Assembly (NCBI GenBank): GCA_041479905.1
Contig: JBGOYY010000005.1
Span: forward strand, 7,665 to 71,664
DNA length: 64,000 bases
Origin: Candidatus Aminicenantia bacterium
GTDB taxonomy: Bacteria; Acidobacteriota; Aminicenantia; Aminicenantales; Saccharicenantaceae
Direction: 5' to 3'
Shown: one piece after another, positions 9,156-19,640 of the stretch
Numbering within the stretch: position 1 is the first letter of the stretch
Layout: every line of letters starts with the position of its first letter
Notes under the pieces: model-generated
The model's database searches: none
What the model was told of the DNA's origin: nothing
The model's input: only the letters and a program-made list of their open reading frames with translations
Made by a program: the position numbers and the translations under genes

Positions 9156-10375
9156 TGCCCGCCCGCCCCGGCTCCGGACCGGATGACGATCGCATCGTTC
9201 TCCTTGAGCCCGCTCAGGATCTCCACCATCCCCGAAGACCGGGCCCCGACGGTGACCGGTGTCAGTTCATCGGAAAAAGTCCCTTTCTTCCAGACTGCCA
9301 GCTTGTTTTCGCGATAGACGATGGCGGCCTCCGGCACTTGAAGGACGTTCTCCTTGGAGGAGATCGTGATGTCGACACCCGCCGCCATACCCGGCCGCAT
9401 CAGCCCCGGATCCGATTCGGACAGGTCGATCAGCGCGTCGAACACGATGGCCGGCTGGGAATCCGATTTGACCCGGAAAACCCGGCCGAGGGAAAGGATG
9501 ACGCCTTTGAACACACGGTCCGGATTGGAATCGAGGCGGACCTCCGCCTTTTGGCCGGTCTGGACCCGGCCGGCCTGGACTTCGAGGATCACCGCTTTCA
9601 TCTGCATCCGGCTGAGATCGGGCAACTCGAGGATGTTCTCGCCCATCCAAGTCGTGTCGCCCACGGCTTTTTTCTTGCCGTCCCAATCGGGCGTGTAGAC
9701 GACGATTCCCGGCTTGGGAGCCGGGACGTTCATCTTCTGGATGTCCCGATTCAGCCGCTCCACCTCTTCGTTCAACAGCCTGACTTTGGATTCCTGGATA
9801 TGGGTCCGGCTTCTCATCCCCGAGATCTGGTTCGCCAACCGGCTCTCCGCAAGTTTCTCCTGCAAGTCGGCCAATTCGAGCTCCATTTTTCTTTTCTGGA
9901 GCTCGTTTACCGCGATCAATTCCTCGGGATAATCGGCCTTTCGCACGGCCTTTTGCCTGTTGACCTTAGCTTCCTCCAGCTGCAGGGCGGCGTCTTCCTT
10001 GGTCTGCTGCTCCTGCAGCTGCATCCGCTCGAGTTCTTTCATTCCCGTGTCGAGTTCCGATTGCTTGAGCTGGAGCCGCTGCATCAGTTCCCTGGCATCG
10101 AAGGAGAGGATCATGTCGCCCACGTTGACCGCCTTGCCTTCCGGCGCCATGAAGGAGATCATGTACTGCCACATCCGTTCAACGGACGGGCAGCCGATAT
10201 AAAGGGAGGCGGCCGACTGCAGCTGGCCCGTGGCGTGGATCCTAATGAGGAAGGGAGCCTTGACGACCTTGTCCACGCGGACCTTGCCGGAGTGGGAGCA
10301 GGCGAGCAGGGAGAGCGCGACCGCAGCCGCGATCGTCCAGAGAGCCGGCCCGGGCCGTTTACTTTTTTGTCTCAT
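9152..10375 (-). CDS. HlyD-family periplasmic adaptor, paralog B
   Basis: MRQKSKRPGPALWTIAAAVALSLLAC.., coiled-coil QSELDTGMKELERMQLQEQQTKEDAALQLEEAKVNRQKA... Same domain order as paralogs A and C. Overlaps paralog A stop by 17 nt. Confidence 0.75.
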   Translation of the reverse strand: MRQKSKRPGPALWTIAAAVALSLLACSHSGKVRVDKVVKAPFLIRIHATGQLQSAASLYIGCPSVERMWQYMISFMAPEGKAVNVGDMILSFDARELMQRLQLKQSELDTGMKELERMQLQEQQTKEDAALQLEEAKVNRQKAVRKADYPEELIAVNELQKRKMELELADLQEKLAESRLANQISGMRSRTHIQESKVRLLNEEVERLNRDIQKMNVPAPKPGIVVYTPDWDGKKKAVGDTTWMGENILELPDLSRMQMKAVILEVQAGRVQTGQKAEVRLDSNPDRVFKGVILSLGRVFRVKSDSQPAIVFDALIDLSESDPGLMRPGMAAGVDITISSKENVLQVPEAAIVYRENKLAVWKKGTFSDELTPVTVGARSSGMVEILSGLKENDAIVIRSGAGAGGQ

Positions 10376-11613
10376 CGGCTTTTGTCTCCCGGGTTTCCTT
10401 CAGGACTCCGACCGGCACGAGCGCCATGCCCGCCTTGACGGCCGGATTCTCGCCGGCGCCGACCGCCAGCAGGAACTCATTGAAGCCGAGGGTCTGGAGT
10501 TTCAGCGGCTCCCCGCGGGCGGGCCGGATCCAGAAGGACTGCCCGTCGAAAAGGGTCATCTCCAAGGGAACGAGCAGGACTTCGTCGTATTGGGGATCCT
10601 GGACCTCGCACTTGACGCTCATCCCCGGCTTCATGATCTCCGGGTCGAGCTTCTCCATTTTGATCTGGACCCTGAAGTAGTGCGACCTTCCCCAGCGCCG
10701 GAGGGCTTCAGCGCTCTTCGAGATCTCCCGGATGACGCCCTGGTAGTGTTTGTCCGGGTAGGCATCCAGAGAGAGGTCGACGCTCTCGCCGGCCTTGATG
10801 TGCTGGATGTGGGTTTCGCTAATCCAGGCCTGGACCTCGAGCGAGGACATGTCGGGGATCTGGGCCACCCCGCGGGTCGCGAAGACCGTGTCCCCCACCT
10901 GGACTTTTCTGCCGCTCCAGTCGTCCACGGCGTAGAGCACCGCGCCCGGGGTGCTCGCGGTGAGGGTCAGAGCGCTCAGGCTGTTTTTCAATTTTTCCAG
11001 CTTGGCTTCGAGGTCCCGGACTTCGATCTCGAGGGTCTTGATCTGGGCTTCGCTTTCCGCGAGCCTGACGGTCCTGTTCGTCCGGGCGCTTTCGAGCGTG
11101 AAATCGCTTCTCTTCTTCTCGAGCTGCTTGCGCTCGTATTCGATTTTGGCTTCGATTTCCGGGGGGATGGCCGCGTCGATCTCCTTCTGCCGGTTGTCGT
11201 TTTCGGCCTTCCGGACTTCCACGTCCAGCTCGAATTTCTGATGTTGATAGTCGGCTTCCTTCTGGGTCTTCTCCTCGCGCTTGGTTCTCAGCGAGTCCTG
11301 GGCGGTCACGATATCGGACGCGAGGTTGGCGGTGTCGAACCGGACCACGGGATCGCCGGGTTTCACGGATTCGCCCTCTTTCACCATCCACTTGATCTGG
11401 ACCCGCCAAGTTTCCGTGATCGGGACCTTGAATTCCTCCGATTGGAGCGACACCAACGTCCCGGTCAGGACGATGGTCGACCGGAAGTTCCCCTTTGTCA
11501 CCCGCGGCTCGTTGGCAACGACCTGGGAGCGGCCACTTCCCGTCAGGAAGAGGGAGAAAGCGGTCAGGACGATCGCTCCCAGAGCGGGCGTCCTTCTTCG
11601 CCGGCGTCTCGAT

Positions 11614-12291
<678 letters not shown>

Positions 12292-12626
12292 GGCTCGATT
12301 TCGACGTGCGCCAAGCGAATGAAGGTCAATTGAGGTTCCCGTGCCGATTAATAAGTATATCGCCGCGGGCCAACGACTTCAAGCGAAATAAGAAGCATTT
12401 CTTAGTCATCGCCATGCGTAACGATGAATCCCCTACTTTTCACCTCAACTATATGCAAAAATAGTGCCAAGTTTTAGTTCCCCCCGTATCTCCTTATCGT
12501 TCATTTTTTGGTACTCGGTTACCCGGCAATTGTGTAAGAAACTTTACGTTGGGTTGAAATATCGGCCGGAATCGGCTAAAATAAAATAAGGGGGAATGAT
12601 TCCATAAAAGAACTCGAGGAGGTAAG

Positions 12627-12914
12627 ATGAAAAAGGCGGCTTTGTTGGTTCTTTTGGGACTTATCTCGGTTATTGCGGCCGGCTGCATGCTTTCCTATCC
12701 GAGGTTAGGCCCTCCCTCGCCTAGGGAAGAAAGCATGATGGGCCGCCCGGGATCCGGCCATGTTTGGATCAGCGGCTACTGGCGGTGGTCGATAGGACGC
12801 TACACCTGGCATTCAGGACACTGGGCCAGGGCCAGGGGAGGCAGGGCCTGGGTGCCCGGCCAATGGGAACAGAGGGGACATAAGTGGGCCTGGCGGCGCG
12901 GCCATTGGAGATAG
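12627..12914 (+). CDS. YXWGXW-repeat small lipoprotein
   Basis: GGAGG RBS 6 nt upstream. Lipoprotein signal MKKAALLVLLGLISVIAAGC. Trp/Gly/Arg-rich repeats GYWRWSIGRYTWHSGHW / AWVPGQWEQRGHKWAWRRGHW resemble the YXWGXW repeat family. Confidence 0.5.
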   Translation: MKKAALLVLLGLISVIAAGCMLSYPRLGPPSPREESMMGRPGSGHVWISGYWRWSIGRYTWHSGHWARARGGRAWVPGQWEQRGHKWAWRRGHWR

Positions 12915-13009
12915 ATCAAGAGCGAACATAGCGGCCGGTTTCCCCCGGCCATTCTAAAAACCTTCAGCGAGGCGCGTGGTATTTTGTATATCCAGCCCTT
13001 GCTAGCACG

Positions 13010-13954
13010 ATGAAAAACAACGTCTCGTTGGTGATTTGCCTCGTCTGCCTGGCCGCTCTCTGGCCGGCGCAAGATTCTTTCGCCCAGGAGAAAAAGCAAG
13101 ACCAAGCCGCTTACGAGTACACCGTCCGGGCCATCACCATCGCCGTCACCGTGCAGGACTCCAAGGGGCGGTTCGTCAACAACCTCGTCGAAAAAGACTT
13201 CACCGTCTTCGAAAACAACAAGAAGAAGCCCCTGACCTATTTCATGCACGATTTCGGGGCGCCGCTCAGCCTGACCGTCCTCCTCGACGTCAGCGGCAGC
13301 ATGGCCCTCGAAAACAAGTTGGCCGAGTGCAAGGCCGCCCTCCGGAACCTGGTCACTCGCCTGCTCCGTCCCCGGGACGAGGTCGCCCTGCTCATCTTCG
13401 CCGACGGCCAGGTCGAGGTCGCCGCCAAGCACGCGACGGACAAGACGGAATTCCTCCGCGTCCTCGAAAAAATCGAGGCCTACGGCCAGACCGCCCTCAA
13501 CGACGCCGTGGCCGTCTCGCCCGAGTTCGCGACGAGGGCCAAGAACGAGAAGAGGGCCCTGCTCCTCCTCACGGACGGCCTCGAGAACGACAGCCAGGCG
13601 AGCCCGGAGCAAGCCCTCGAGATCGCCCGGCGGGTCGACGTCCCCATCTACACCATCGGCTACAAGATCCCCCGGAGCGAGCAGATCCTCAAGAGCCACA
13701 AGCGGTCGGCCTTCCTGACGGCGGCCGGGATCGTCGCCACCCTCGACCGCTTCTCCCAGGCCACGGGCGGCAAGGCCTATTTCCTGAACGAGCCCGCCGA
13801 CCTGGCCGCGGTCGTCCAAGAGATCAAGAACGAGCAGACCCACCAGTACATCATCGGCTACACGTCCTACCAGGATACGGCGGACATCTTCCGCTCGATC
13901 CGGGTGACAACGCCGAACTACAGGAACAAGGTCCGCACCCGGCAGGGGTATTGA
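13010..13954 (+). CDS. secreted von Willebrand factor A (VWA) domain protein, acidobacterial type
   Basis: Signal peptide, then an Ig-like beta segment (VRAITIAVTVQDSKGRFVNNLVEKDFTVFENNK), then a VWA domain with MIDAS DVSGSM ... LLLTDGLEND. Architecture resembles the acidobacterial VWFA family (recalled, not searched). Confidence 0.7.
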   Translation: MKNNVSLVICLVCLAALWPAQDSFAQEKKQDQAAYEYTVRAITIAVTVQDSKGRFVNNLVEKDFTVFENNKKKPLTYFMHDFGAPLSLTVLLDVSGSMALENKLAECKAALRNLVTRLLRPRDEVALLIFADGQVEVAAKHATDKTEFLRVLEKIEAYGQTALNDAVAVSPEFATRAKNEKRALLLLTDGLENDSQASPEQALEIARRVDVPIYTIGYKIPRSEQILKSHKRSAFLTAAGIVATLDRFSQATGGKAYFLNEPADLAAVVQEIKNEQTHQYIIGYTSYQDTADIFRSIRVTTPNYRNKVRTRQGY

Positions 13955-13956
13955 AG

Positions 13957-13982
13957 CCGGCTTTTTGTTTTTTGCCCCAAAC
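13957..13982. terminator. putative terminator after the VWA gene
   Basis: A short GC palindrome AGCCGGCT immediately followed by TTTTTGTTTTTTG (T-run). The stem is weak. Confidence 0.25.
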
Positions 13983-14064
13983 GTGATAAAATGGAGTTCA
14001 GGGAGCTAGGGGATTCGTCGGCGGGACGCCGGCGGGCCATACATCAATCCAAATGGAGGTTCTC

Positions 14065-14700
14065 ATGAAGAACAGACAACTCGTAGTTTTCGCCGGTTTC
14101 GTCGTCCTCATCGCGCTCGTCGTCGGACCGGCCTGCGCCACCAAGAAGTACGTCAGGACTGAGTCGGCGGCCCTCGACCAGAAGATCGCGGGCGTCTCGA
14201 CCGAGGTCGAGGCCAGCCAGAAGCGGATCAAGGAGCACGACGATAAGCTGGCGACGATCGGCTCGCTCCTCACCCAGCAAGAAGGCCAGATCAAGGCGGT
14301 CGACGGCAAGATTGATGAGGTCAAGACGCTCATCCGCGGCAACCTCGTCATGACGGCGACCTTGAAGAACAGCGATGCCAAGTTCAAGTTCGACAGCGCC
14401 GAGCTGAGCGCGGAGGCCAAGGGCATTCTCGACCAGTTCGTCCAGAAGCTCATCGAGGAGAACAAGGGCGTCTTCATCGAGATCCAGGGCCACACCGACA
14501 ACACCGGCACGGACGAAGTCAACTCGGTTCTCGGCCAGAAGCGGGCCGAAGCGGTCATGATGTACCTCTACAAGCAGCACCGCATCCCGCTCCACCGCAT
14601 GTCCGTCGTCAGCCTGGGCAGCTCCGTGCCCGTGGCCGACAACTCCAGCCGGGAAGGCCGGAGCCAGAACAGGCGGGTCGAGATCCTCGTCTACGAATAA
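14065..14700 (+). CDS. OmpA-family protein with N-terminal coiled coil
   Basis: GGAGG RBS 5 nt before ATG 14065. N-terminal TM/signal, heptad-rich segment, then the OmpA_C signature FDSAELSAEAKGILDQF..IQGHTDNTGTDEVNSVLGQKRAEAV..NRRVEILV. Confidence 0.7.
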   Translation: MKNRQLVVFAGFVVLIALVVGPACATKKYVRTESAALDQKIAGVSTEVEASQKRIKEHDDKLATIGSLLTQQEGQIKAVDGKIDEVKTLIRGNLVMTATLKNSDAKFKFDSAELSAEAKGILDQFVQKLIEENKGVFIEIQGHTDNTGTDEVNSVLGQKRAEAVMMYLYKQHRIPLHRMSVVSLGSSVPVADNSSREGRSQNRRVEILVYE

Positions 14701-14709
14701 GGCCGGAGG

Positions 14710-16710
14710 TCAGCGGGCCGTGGCCGTCGCGGCCAGGCCCTCCCGGTCGAGATTGCCGACGCCGACGACCTCGTACACGTAGGTCCCCGAGGCGCTGACG
14801 CCCCGGTGCAGGTAGCGGTAGGACGTGTTCCGCGGGCCTTTGGCGATCTCGGTCAGGAGGGCGCGGCCCGTCCCCGTGACCTGGTAGACCCGGTATTTGA
14901 GGACGCTCGTGTTCCTCGAGTTGTCCGTCCAGCTGACGGCGTTGACATACTCCCTGAGCAGAAGGCTCCTGTTGACGAGCTTAGCCGCCTTCAGGCTGGC
15001 TGGGGCGAAGAGGTTGTCCGTGACGACGGAGACGGATGCCGTGCCCGGCTGGAGGATCGTGTCGTAGGCGCGGACCCAGATCGTGTGCGTCGCGTTCGAA
15101 AGCGGCGTCGTGTCGAGAAGGAAGGAGAACGGCGGCGCCGAGAGCGTCTGCCACAGCATCGTATCCGTGTAGAGTTCCACCCGGCTGATCCCGTTGTCGT
15201 CGCTGGCCGTGGCCTCGACCGGGATCGTGCCGTAGACCGTTTGGCCGGCCGTGATGTTGGCGATGCCGGCAACGGGCGGCGAGTCGCTCGAAAAGACCGT
15301 CAGGCTCATGGGCGTCGTCGTCCCGGTGATGTTCGTCATCCCCATCGCCGAGGGCAGCCCGTCGTAGCGGGCCGAACTCGGGACCGTGAACTGCCCGAAG
15401 GTCATGCCCGCCTTGTAGTAGTCGCCGGCGTTGGCCGAGGCGTTGTACGTCTCGATCTCCTCGAGGCCGTCGGCCTCCATGAGCCGCAGGAGCTTGTGAG
15501 CCGTGTAGGAGTTGTCGTAGACGAAATCGGTGTTCCAGGTGTTGAGCCGCGAGTCCACGTGCCAGAGGATCAAGCCGTCGGACCCGGTGAACAGGTTCGT
15601 GTCGTTGCCCGACCGGCAGCGGTTCTGGACCATGAAGAACTCGTTGAAGATCTGCCCGGGAACGGCGCCGGGCATGAAGAGGAGCGCGTCCGGGGTGACG
15701 CCGGAAGCCCGGAGCGAGACCGTCTGCGAACCCGCGGAGACGACCGTCGGCGTGATCCAGTCGAGCATGAACTTGGAGAAGCAGTTGTGGTCGCCCGTCC
15801 CGTCCATGATGTCGAGGCTGCCGACGCCTCCGCGCGGCCCGATCGCGTCGTCGTAATCGTAATAGTCGGGTACCCCGAGACCGTGGCCCGTCTCGTGGAT
15901 GATGGTGCTCGGCCCGAAGGTGCCGTTCGGATAGTTGGAGAGCTCCCACTGCCAGGAGTAATTCGTCAGCCTCTTGCCGTCGAGGCGGAACGTCGAGTCG
16001 GAGAACCCGGTGTAGTAGCCCCACCAGAACGATGCCCATTCCCCGCGCGGGCCCGTCCAGAAGACACAGAAATAGTCGATGGCCCCGTCGCCGTCGTTGT
16101 CGTACTGGGAGAAATCGTGCCCCTGGGCCTCGTAAAAGCTCAGGGCTTCCTTGATCAGGTTCTGGCGGCCCGCATCGGTCTCGGTGACCGTGCTCCGCGC
16201 ATAGGACGTCTGGTACCAGCCGAGGACGTTGCCTTCGACGGTCAGCTGGTCGTAGGACGAACGCCGGTAGAAGTTCCTCAGGCTGTCGAACGGCGGGCCG
16301 CCCACGCCGTCCCCGAAAAGCCGCGAGTTGAAATATTCCGGGGTCGTTATTCCGGGATAATCGGAAAAGGAAATGAGCAAGGCCAGAACTTTGATCGTCC
16401 CGGTCGTCGGCATGCCCCTCCAGGCCGGCGGCGGAGCGAGAAGGCGGCTGGTTTTGTCGGCGGCCGGCCCGACTCGCTCGAGCGACAGGCGTTTCATCTT
16501 GTAGCCCAGCCGGTCCATCATGCGCTGCGGCATCTTGTGGTTGCCGATGGCCTTGGCCTGAGCGATGTGCTTGGCCAGCGTTCCGTCCAGCTTGTAGCGC
16601 TCGATCTGCTCCCTGGTCGGCGGCTCGAGGGCGAACGCCGGGGCGAAGCCGACAAGGAATAAAACGAAGGTGACTCCGGCGGCCAGGCCGGCGCGGACGA
16701 TAGGCTTCAT
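14710..16710 (-). CDS. M6-family (immune inhibitor A-like) zinc metalloprotease with C-terminal Ig-like domains
   Basis: AGGGAG RBS before ATG (16708-16710, MKPIVRAG..). Signal peptide. HExxH zinc site IIHETGHGLGVPDYYDYD. C-terminal beta-sandwich repeats. Confidence 0.75.
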   Translation of the reverse strand: MKPIVRAGLAAGVTFVLFLVGFAPAFALEPPTREQIERYKLDGTLAKHIAQAKAIGNHKMPQRMMDRLGYKMKRLSLERVGPAADKTSRLLAPPPAWRGMPTTGTIKVLALLISFSDYPGITTPEYFNSRLFGDGVGGPPFDSLRNFYRRSSYDQLTVEGNVLGWYQTSYARSTVTETDAGRQNLIKEALSFYEAQGHDFSQYDNDGDGAIDYFCVFWTGPRGEWASFWWGYYTGFSDSTFRLDGKRLTNYSWQWELSNYPNGTFGPSTIIHETGHGLGVPDYYDYDDAIGPRGGVGSLDIMDGTGDHNCFSKFMLDWITPTVVSAGSQTVSLRASGVTPDALLFMPGAVPGQIFNEFFMVQNRCRSGNDTNLFTGSDGLILWHVDSRLNTWNTDFVYDNSYTAHKLLRLMEADGLEEIETYNASANAGDYYKAGMTFGQFTVPSSARYDGLPSAMGMTNITGTTTPMSLTVFSSDSPPVAGIANITAGQTVYGTIPVEATASDDNGISRVELYTDTMLWQTLSAPPFSFLLDTTPLSNATHTIWVRAYDTILQPGTASVSVVTDNLFAPASLKAAKLVNRSLLLREYVNAVSWTDNSRNTSVLKYRVYQVTGTGRALLTEIAKGPRNTSYRYLHRGVSASGTYVYEVVGVGNLDREGLAATATAR

Positions 16711-16784
16711 GATGCCGCTCCCTTTCACGCGGCCAATATAATTCAGCCGATCGCCCAAGTCAAACCGGCCGCCGGCCGGAGCCG

Positions 16785-17777
16785 TCAGCGGACGCCGAAG
16801 TTGAACTCGGTCTTCTCTTCGTTCCGGTCCGTGGCCGGGGCCGGTTCGGGCGCGAGGGCGGAGATCTCGGCCCGGAGCGCGGGGGTCATGGGGATGTCAA
16901 CGGCCGCGAGCAGAGGACCGAGTTGGGCCGTGTTCCTGGCGCCGATGATGGGCGCCGTGACCGCCGGATGGGACGCCGCCCAGGCCACGGCCAGGCCGGC
17001 GGGGTCGAAGCCACGCTCTTGAGCGAAGGCCGTGAAGCGCTCGGCCACCTCGAAGTTCAAAGCGTCGCTGTAGCGCGTTCCGTAGATCTTGTTGCTGACG
17101 AGCCGCCCCGATTCGGGCCGGCGCCCGACCCCATATTTCCCGCTGAGAAGGCCGCCGCCGAGCGGGCCGTAAGGGAAAACGCCGAGCCCCTCGGCCTGGG
17201 CCATGGGCAGGATCTCCGACTCGGCCTGGCGCTTGACGAGGTTGTACATGGGCTGGATGCAGGCGAACGCGGCCAGGCCTTCCTTCGCCGATATCCCCAG
17301 GGCCTTGACGACCTGCCAGGCGGCGAAATTGCTGGCCCCCGTATAGACGACCTTGCCCTGCCGGACGAGGTCGTCGAAGGCCCGCAGGGTCTCTTCGAGC
17401 GGCGTCCGGTCGTCGAAGCGGTGGATGTAATAGATGTCGATGCGGTCGGTCGCCAACCGGCGAAGGCTGGCATCGACGGCGTACATGACGTGGCGGCGGG
17501 AGGCGCCCATGGCGTTGACGTCCTTGGATGTGGCGAAATAGGCCTTGCTGGTGATGACGACCTCTTCCCGGCAGTCCTTGATGAGCCGGCCCAGGATCTC
17601 CTCGGAGCGGCCGCCGGCGTACATGTCGGCGCAGTCGAAGACGTTGACCCCGGCGGCGCGGCAGGCCTCGAACAAGGATTTCGACCCCGCTTCATCGGCG
17701 TCGCCGCCGAAGGACATCGTCCCGTAGGCGATGGTCGAAACCTTGACCCCGGTCTTCCCCAGGAATTTGTAGGTCAT
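16785..17777 (-). CDS. aldo/keto reductase
   Basis: MTYKFLGKTGVKVSTIAYGTMSFGG..FDCADMYAGGRSEEILG.. shows the conserved AKR N-terminus and catalytic Asp/Tyr/Lys/His context. Confidence 0.85.
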   Translation of the reverse strand: MTYKFLGKTGVKVSTIAYGTMSFGGDADEAGSKSLFEACRAAGVNVFDCADMYAGGRSEEILGRLIKDCREEVVITSKAYFATSKDVNAMGASRRHVMYAVDASLRRLATDRIDIYYIHRFDDRTPLEETLRAFDDLVRQGKVVYTGASNFAAWQVVKALGISAKEGLAAFACIQPMYNLVKRQAESEILPMAQAEGLGVFPYGPLGGGLLSGKYGVGRRPESGRLVSNKIYGTRYSDALNFEVAERFTAFAQERGFDPAGLAVAWAASHPAVTAPIIGARNTAQLGPLLAAVDIPMTPALRAEISALAPEPAPATDRNEEKTEFNFGVR

Positions 17778-17789
17778 GGCGCTTCCCTC

Positions 17790-19580
17790 TTATTGGACTT
17801 TCTTCTTCAATTCGAGCCCGTGCCCGACCGGGTAAAGGCCCGGGATCGACACGGGCAGCTTTCCGGCGACGTCCATCTCCCCGGTCAAGGCCCGGGCGGC
17901 GATCTCCTGCGTCTCCGGCGTGTTCCTGTACATGCAGACATAGGCGTCCGCTTCCGGAAAATGCCGCAGGAAATAGGGGCTGCCGAAGGACACGACGACG
18001 ACGGCCGGGCCGTTCTCCAGGGCGGCGAACTTTCTGATGAGGTCGACGTGCTTGGGCTCGAGGTCGACGCTCCCCTTTCCGGCGCTGACCTTGGAGAAGA
18101 GGGCGAAAACGACGGTCCCACCCCCGACGGCCGAAAACTCGGTGAAGGCCTCGTCCAGGGCTTCCTGTCCCGTGTCTCCGTCGGCGTAGAAGGCGGCCGC
18201 GTCCGGGAACCTCTTCTTCATCGCCGTGACGAACGCCCGTCCGGCGAAGTAGTCACCGAGGTCGCTGCTCAGCGAGAGGACGGCGACCTTGCCGCCCGCG
18301 GCGGTGAGCGGCAGCGCTCCGCCCTCGTTTTTCACCAGGGTCGTCGAGCTTTCGAACGTCTTCAAGGCCTGCTCGAGGAAAGGACGCGGCGCGATCTTCC
18401 GGGAGAGCTCCTCGATCCTGACGAAACGGTTCCGGTTGAGGCCGAGGGCGGCCTTGGTTTCGAGGATGCGGCGCACCGACTCGTCGATCCGCTGAAGGGA
18501 TATCCTCCCGTCCCGGACCGCGCCGGCGAGATAGGCGATGACCTTGGCCGGCTCCGGCGGCAGGAGGAGCTGGTCGACGCCGGCCAGGACCGCCCGGAGC
18601 GAGGCCTCCTCCGTGGAAAAGGCGTTGGTCACCCCGCCCATTTCGAGGGCATCCGAGACGATGAGCCCACGGAAACCCAGTTTTCCCCGGAGGACGCCCG
18701 TCAGGATCGGGGCCGACAGGGTTGCCGGCAGGCCTGGCGTCGGGTCGAGGGCCGGGACGGAGAGGTGGGCCGTCATGACGGCCTTGACGCCGGCGTCGAT
18801 GGCCGCCTTGAACGGGACGAGCTCGACTTTCTCCAGGCGTTCGAGCCCGGCTTCGATCGTCGGCAGGAGGCTGTGGGAATCCTGGGACGTGTCGCCGTGG
18901 CCGGGGAAGTGCTTGGCCGTGGCGATCATGCCGTTATCCTGCGCGCCCCGGATGAAGGCGTTGGCGATGCGGCTGACGAGCCCGGGGTCGGCGCCGACGG
19001 CCCGGGTGTTGATGATGGGATTATCGGGGTTGATGTTGACGTCGACGACCGGGGCGTAGGCCATGTGGATGCCCATGGCCCGGCCTTCGAGGGCGGTGAC
19101 GCGGCCCATGCCGTAGGCCAGCTCCTCGGACCCGGCCGCGCCCAGGGACATGAGCGGCGGGAAAAGGGTGGCACCCGTGACCTGGTTGCCCGTCCCCCGC
19201 TCGAAGTCCGAGGCCATGAGGAGCGGGACCCGGGCCAGCTTCTGGAAGGCGTTCGTGAGCTCCGCCGTCTCGTAGACCTCGCCGCCGAAGAGGATCAGCC
19301 CGCCGATCCCGGACTTGACGACGAGGTCGTCGAGTTCCCGGAGATACGCACTGTCGGCGTTGCGGAAGGAGCCGGCGAAGCGGCAGGCGACCATCTGACC
19401 GATCTTCTCCTTGACGGTCATCTTCTTTAGGGTCCTGGCGACCCAGCCGCCGTCCGGCGCCGCGAGGCGCGGGGACGTCCCGGGAGCGGGCAGCCTGGCG
19501 CAACTCGAGATCAACAGGACGAGGAGGGCGGCCGCGGCGGCGGTTCGTTTTTTCGTCATGGTCTTCTTCCCTTTCTTCAT
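17790..19580 (-). CDS. glycoside hydrolase family 3 protein (NagZ/beta-hexosaminidase-like), secreted
   Basis: Signal peptide. GH3 N-domain motifs KHFPGHGDTSQDSH and GLIVSDALEMGGV, plus a C-terminal alpha/beta sandwich domain. Confidence 0.75.
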   Translation of the reverse strand: MKKGKKTMTKKRTAAAAALLVLLISSCARLPAPGTSPRLAAPDGGWVARTLKKMTVKEKIGQMVACRFAGSFRNADSAYLRELDDLVVKSGIGGLILFGGEVYETAELTNAFQKLARVPLLMASDFERGTGNQVTGATLFPPLMSLGAAGSEELAYGMGRVTALEGRAMGIHMAYAPVVDVNINPDNPIINTRAVGADPGLVSRIANAFIRGAQDNGMIATAKHFPGHGDTSQDSHSLLPTIEAGLERLEKVELVPFKAAIDAGVKAVMTAHLSVPALDPTPGLPATLSAPILTGVLRGKLGFRGLIVSDALEMGGVTNAFSTEEASLRAVLAGVDQLLLPPEPAKVIAYLAGAVRDGRISLQRIDESVRRILETKAALGLNRNRFVRIEELSRKIAPRPFLEQALKTFESSTTLVKNEGGALPLTAAGGKVAVLSLSSDLGDYFAGRAFVTAMKKRFPDAAAFYADGDTGQEALDEAFTEFSAVGGGTVVFALFSKVSAGKGSVDLEPKHVDLIRKFAALENGPAVVVVSFGSPYFLRHFPEADAYVCMYRNTPETQEIAARALTGEMDVAGKLPVSIPGLYPVGHGLELKKKVQ

Positions 19581-19640
19581 TTGACTCCGGCCGGCTACCT
19601 TGACGATGTGTCGGACGACGAACAGCCCGGCGGCCCGGGC

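Noticed and set aside
14806-19430. 618-aa and 835-aa plus-strand ORFs (14806-16662, 16923-19430) antisense to the M6 protease, aldo/keto reductase and GH3 genes
   Set aside because: Same high-GC antisense artefact; R/G/D/P-rich with no domains. The minus-strand genes carry clear catalytic motifs.
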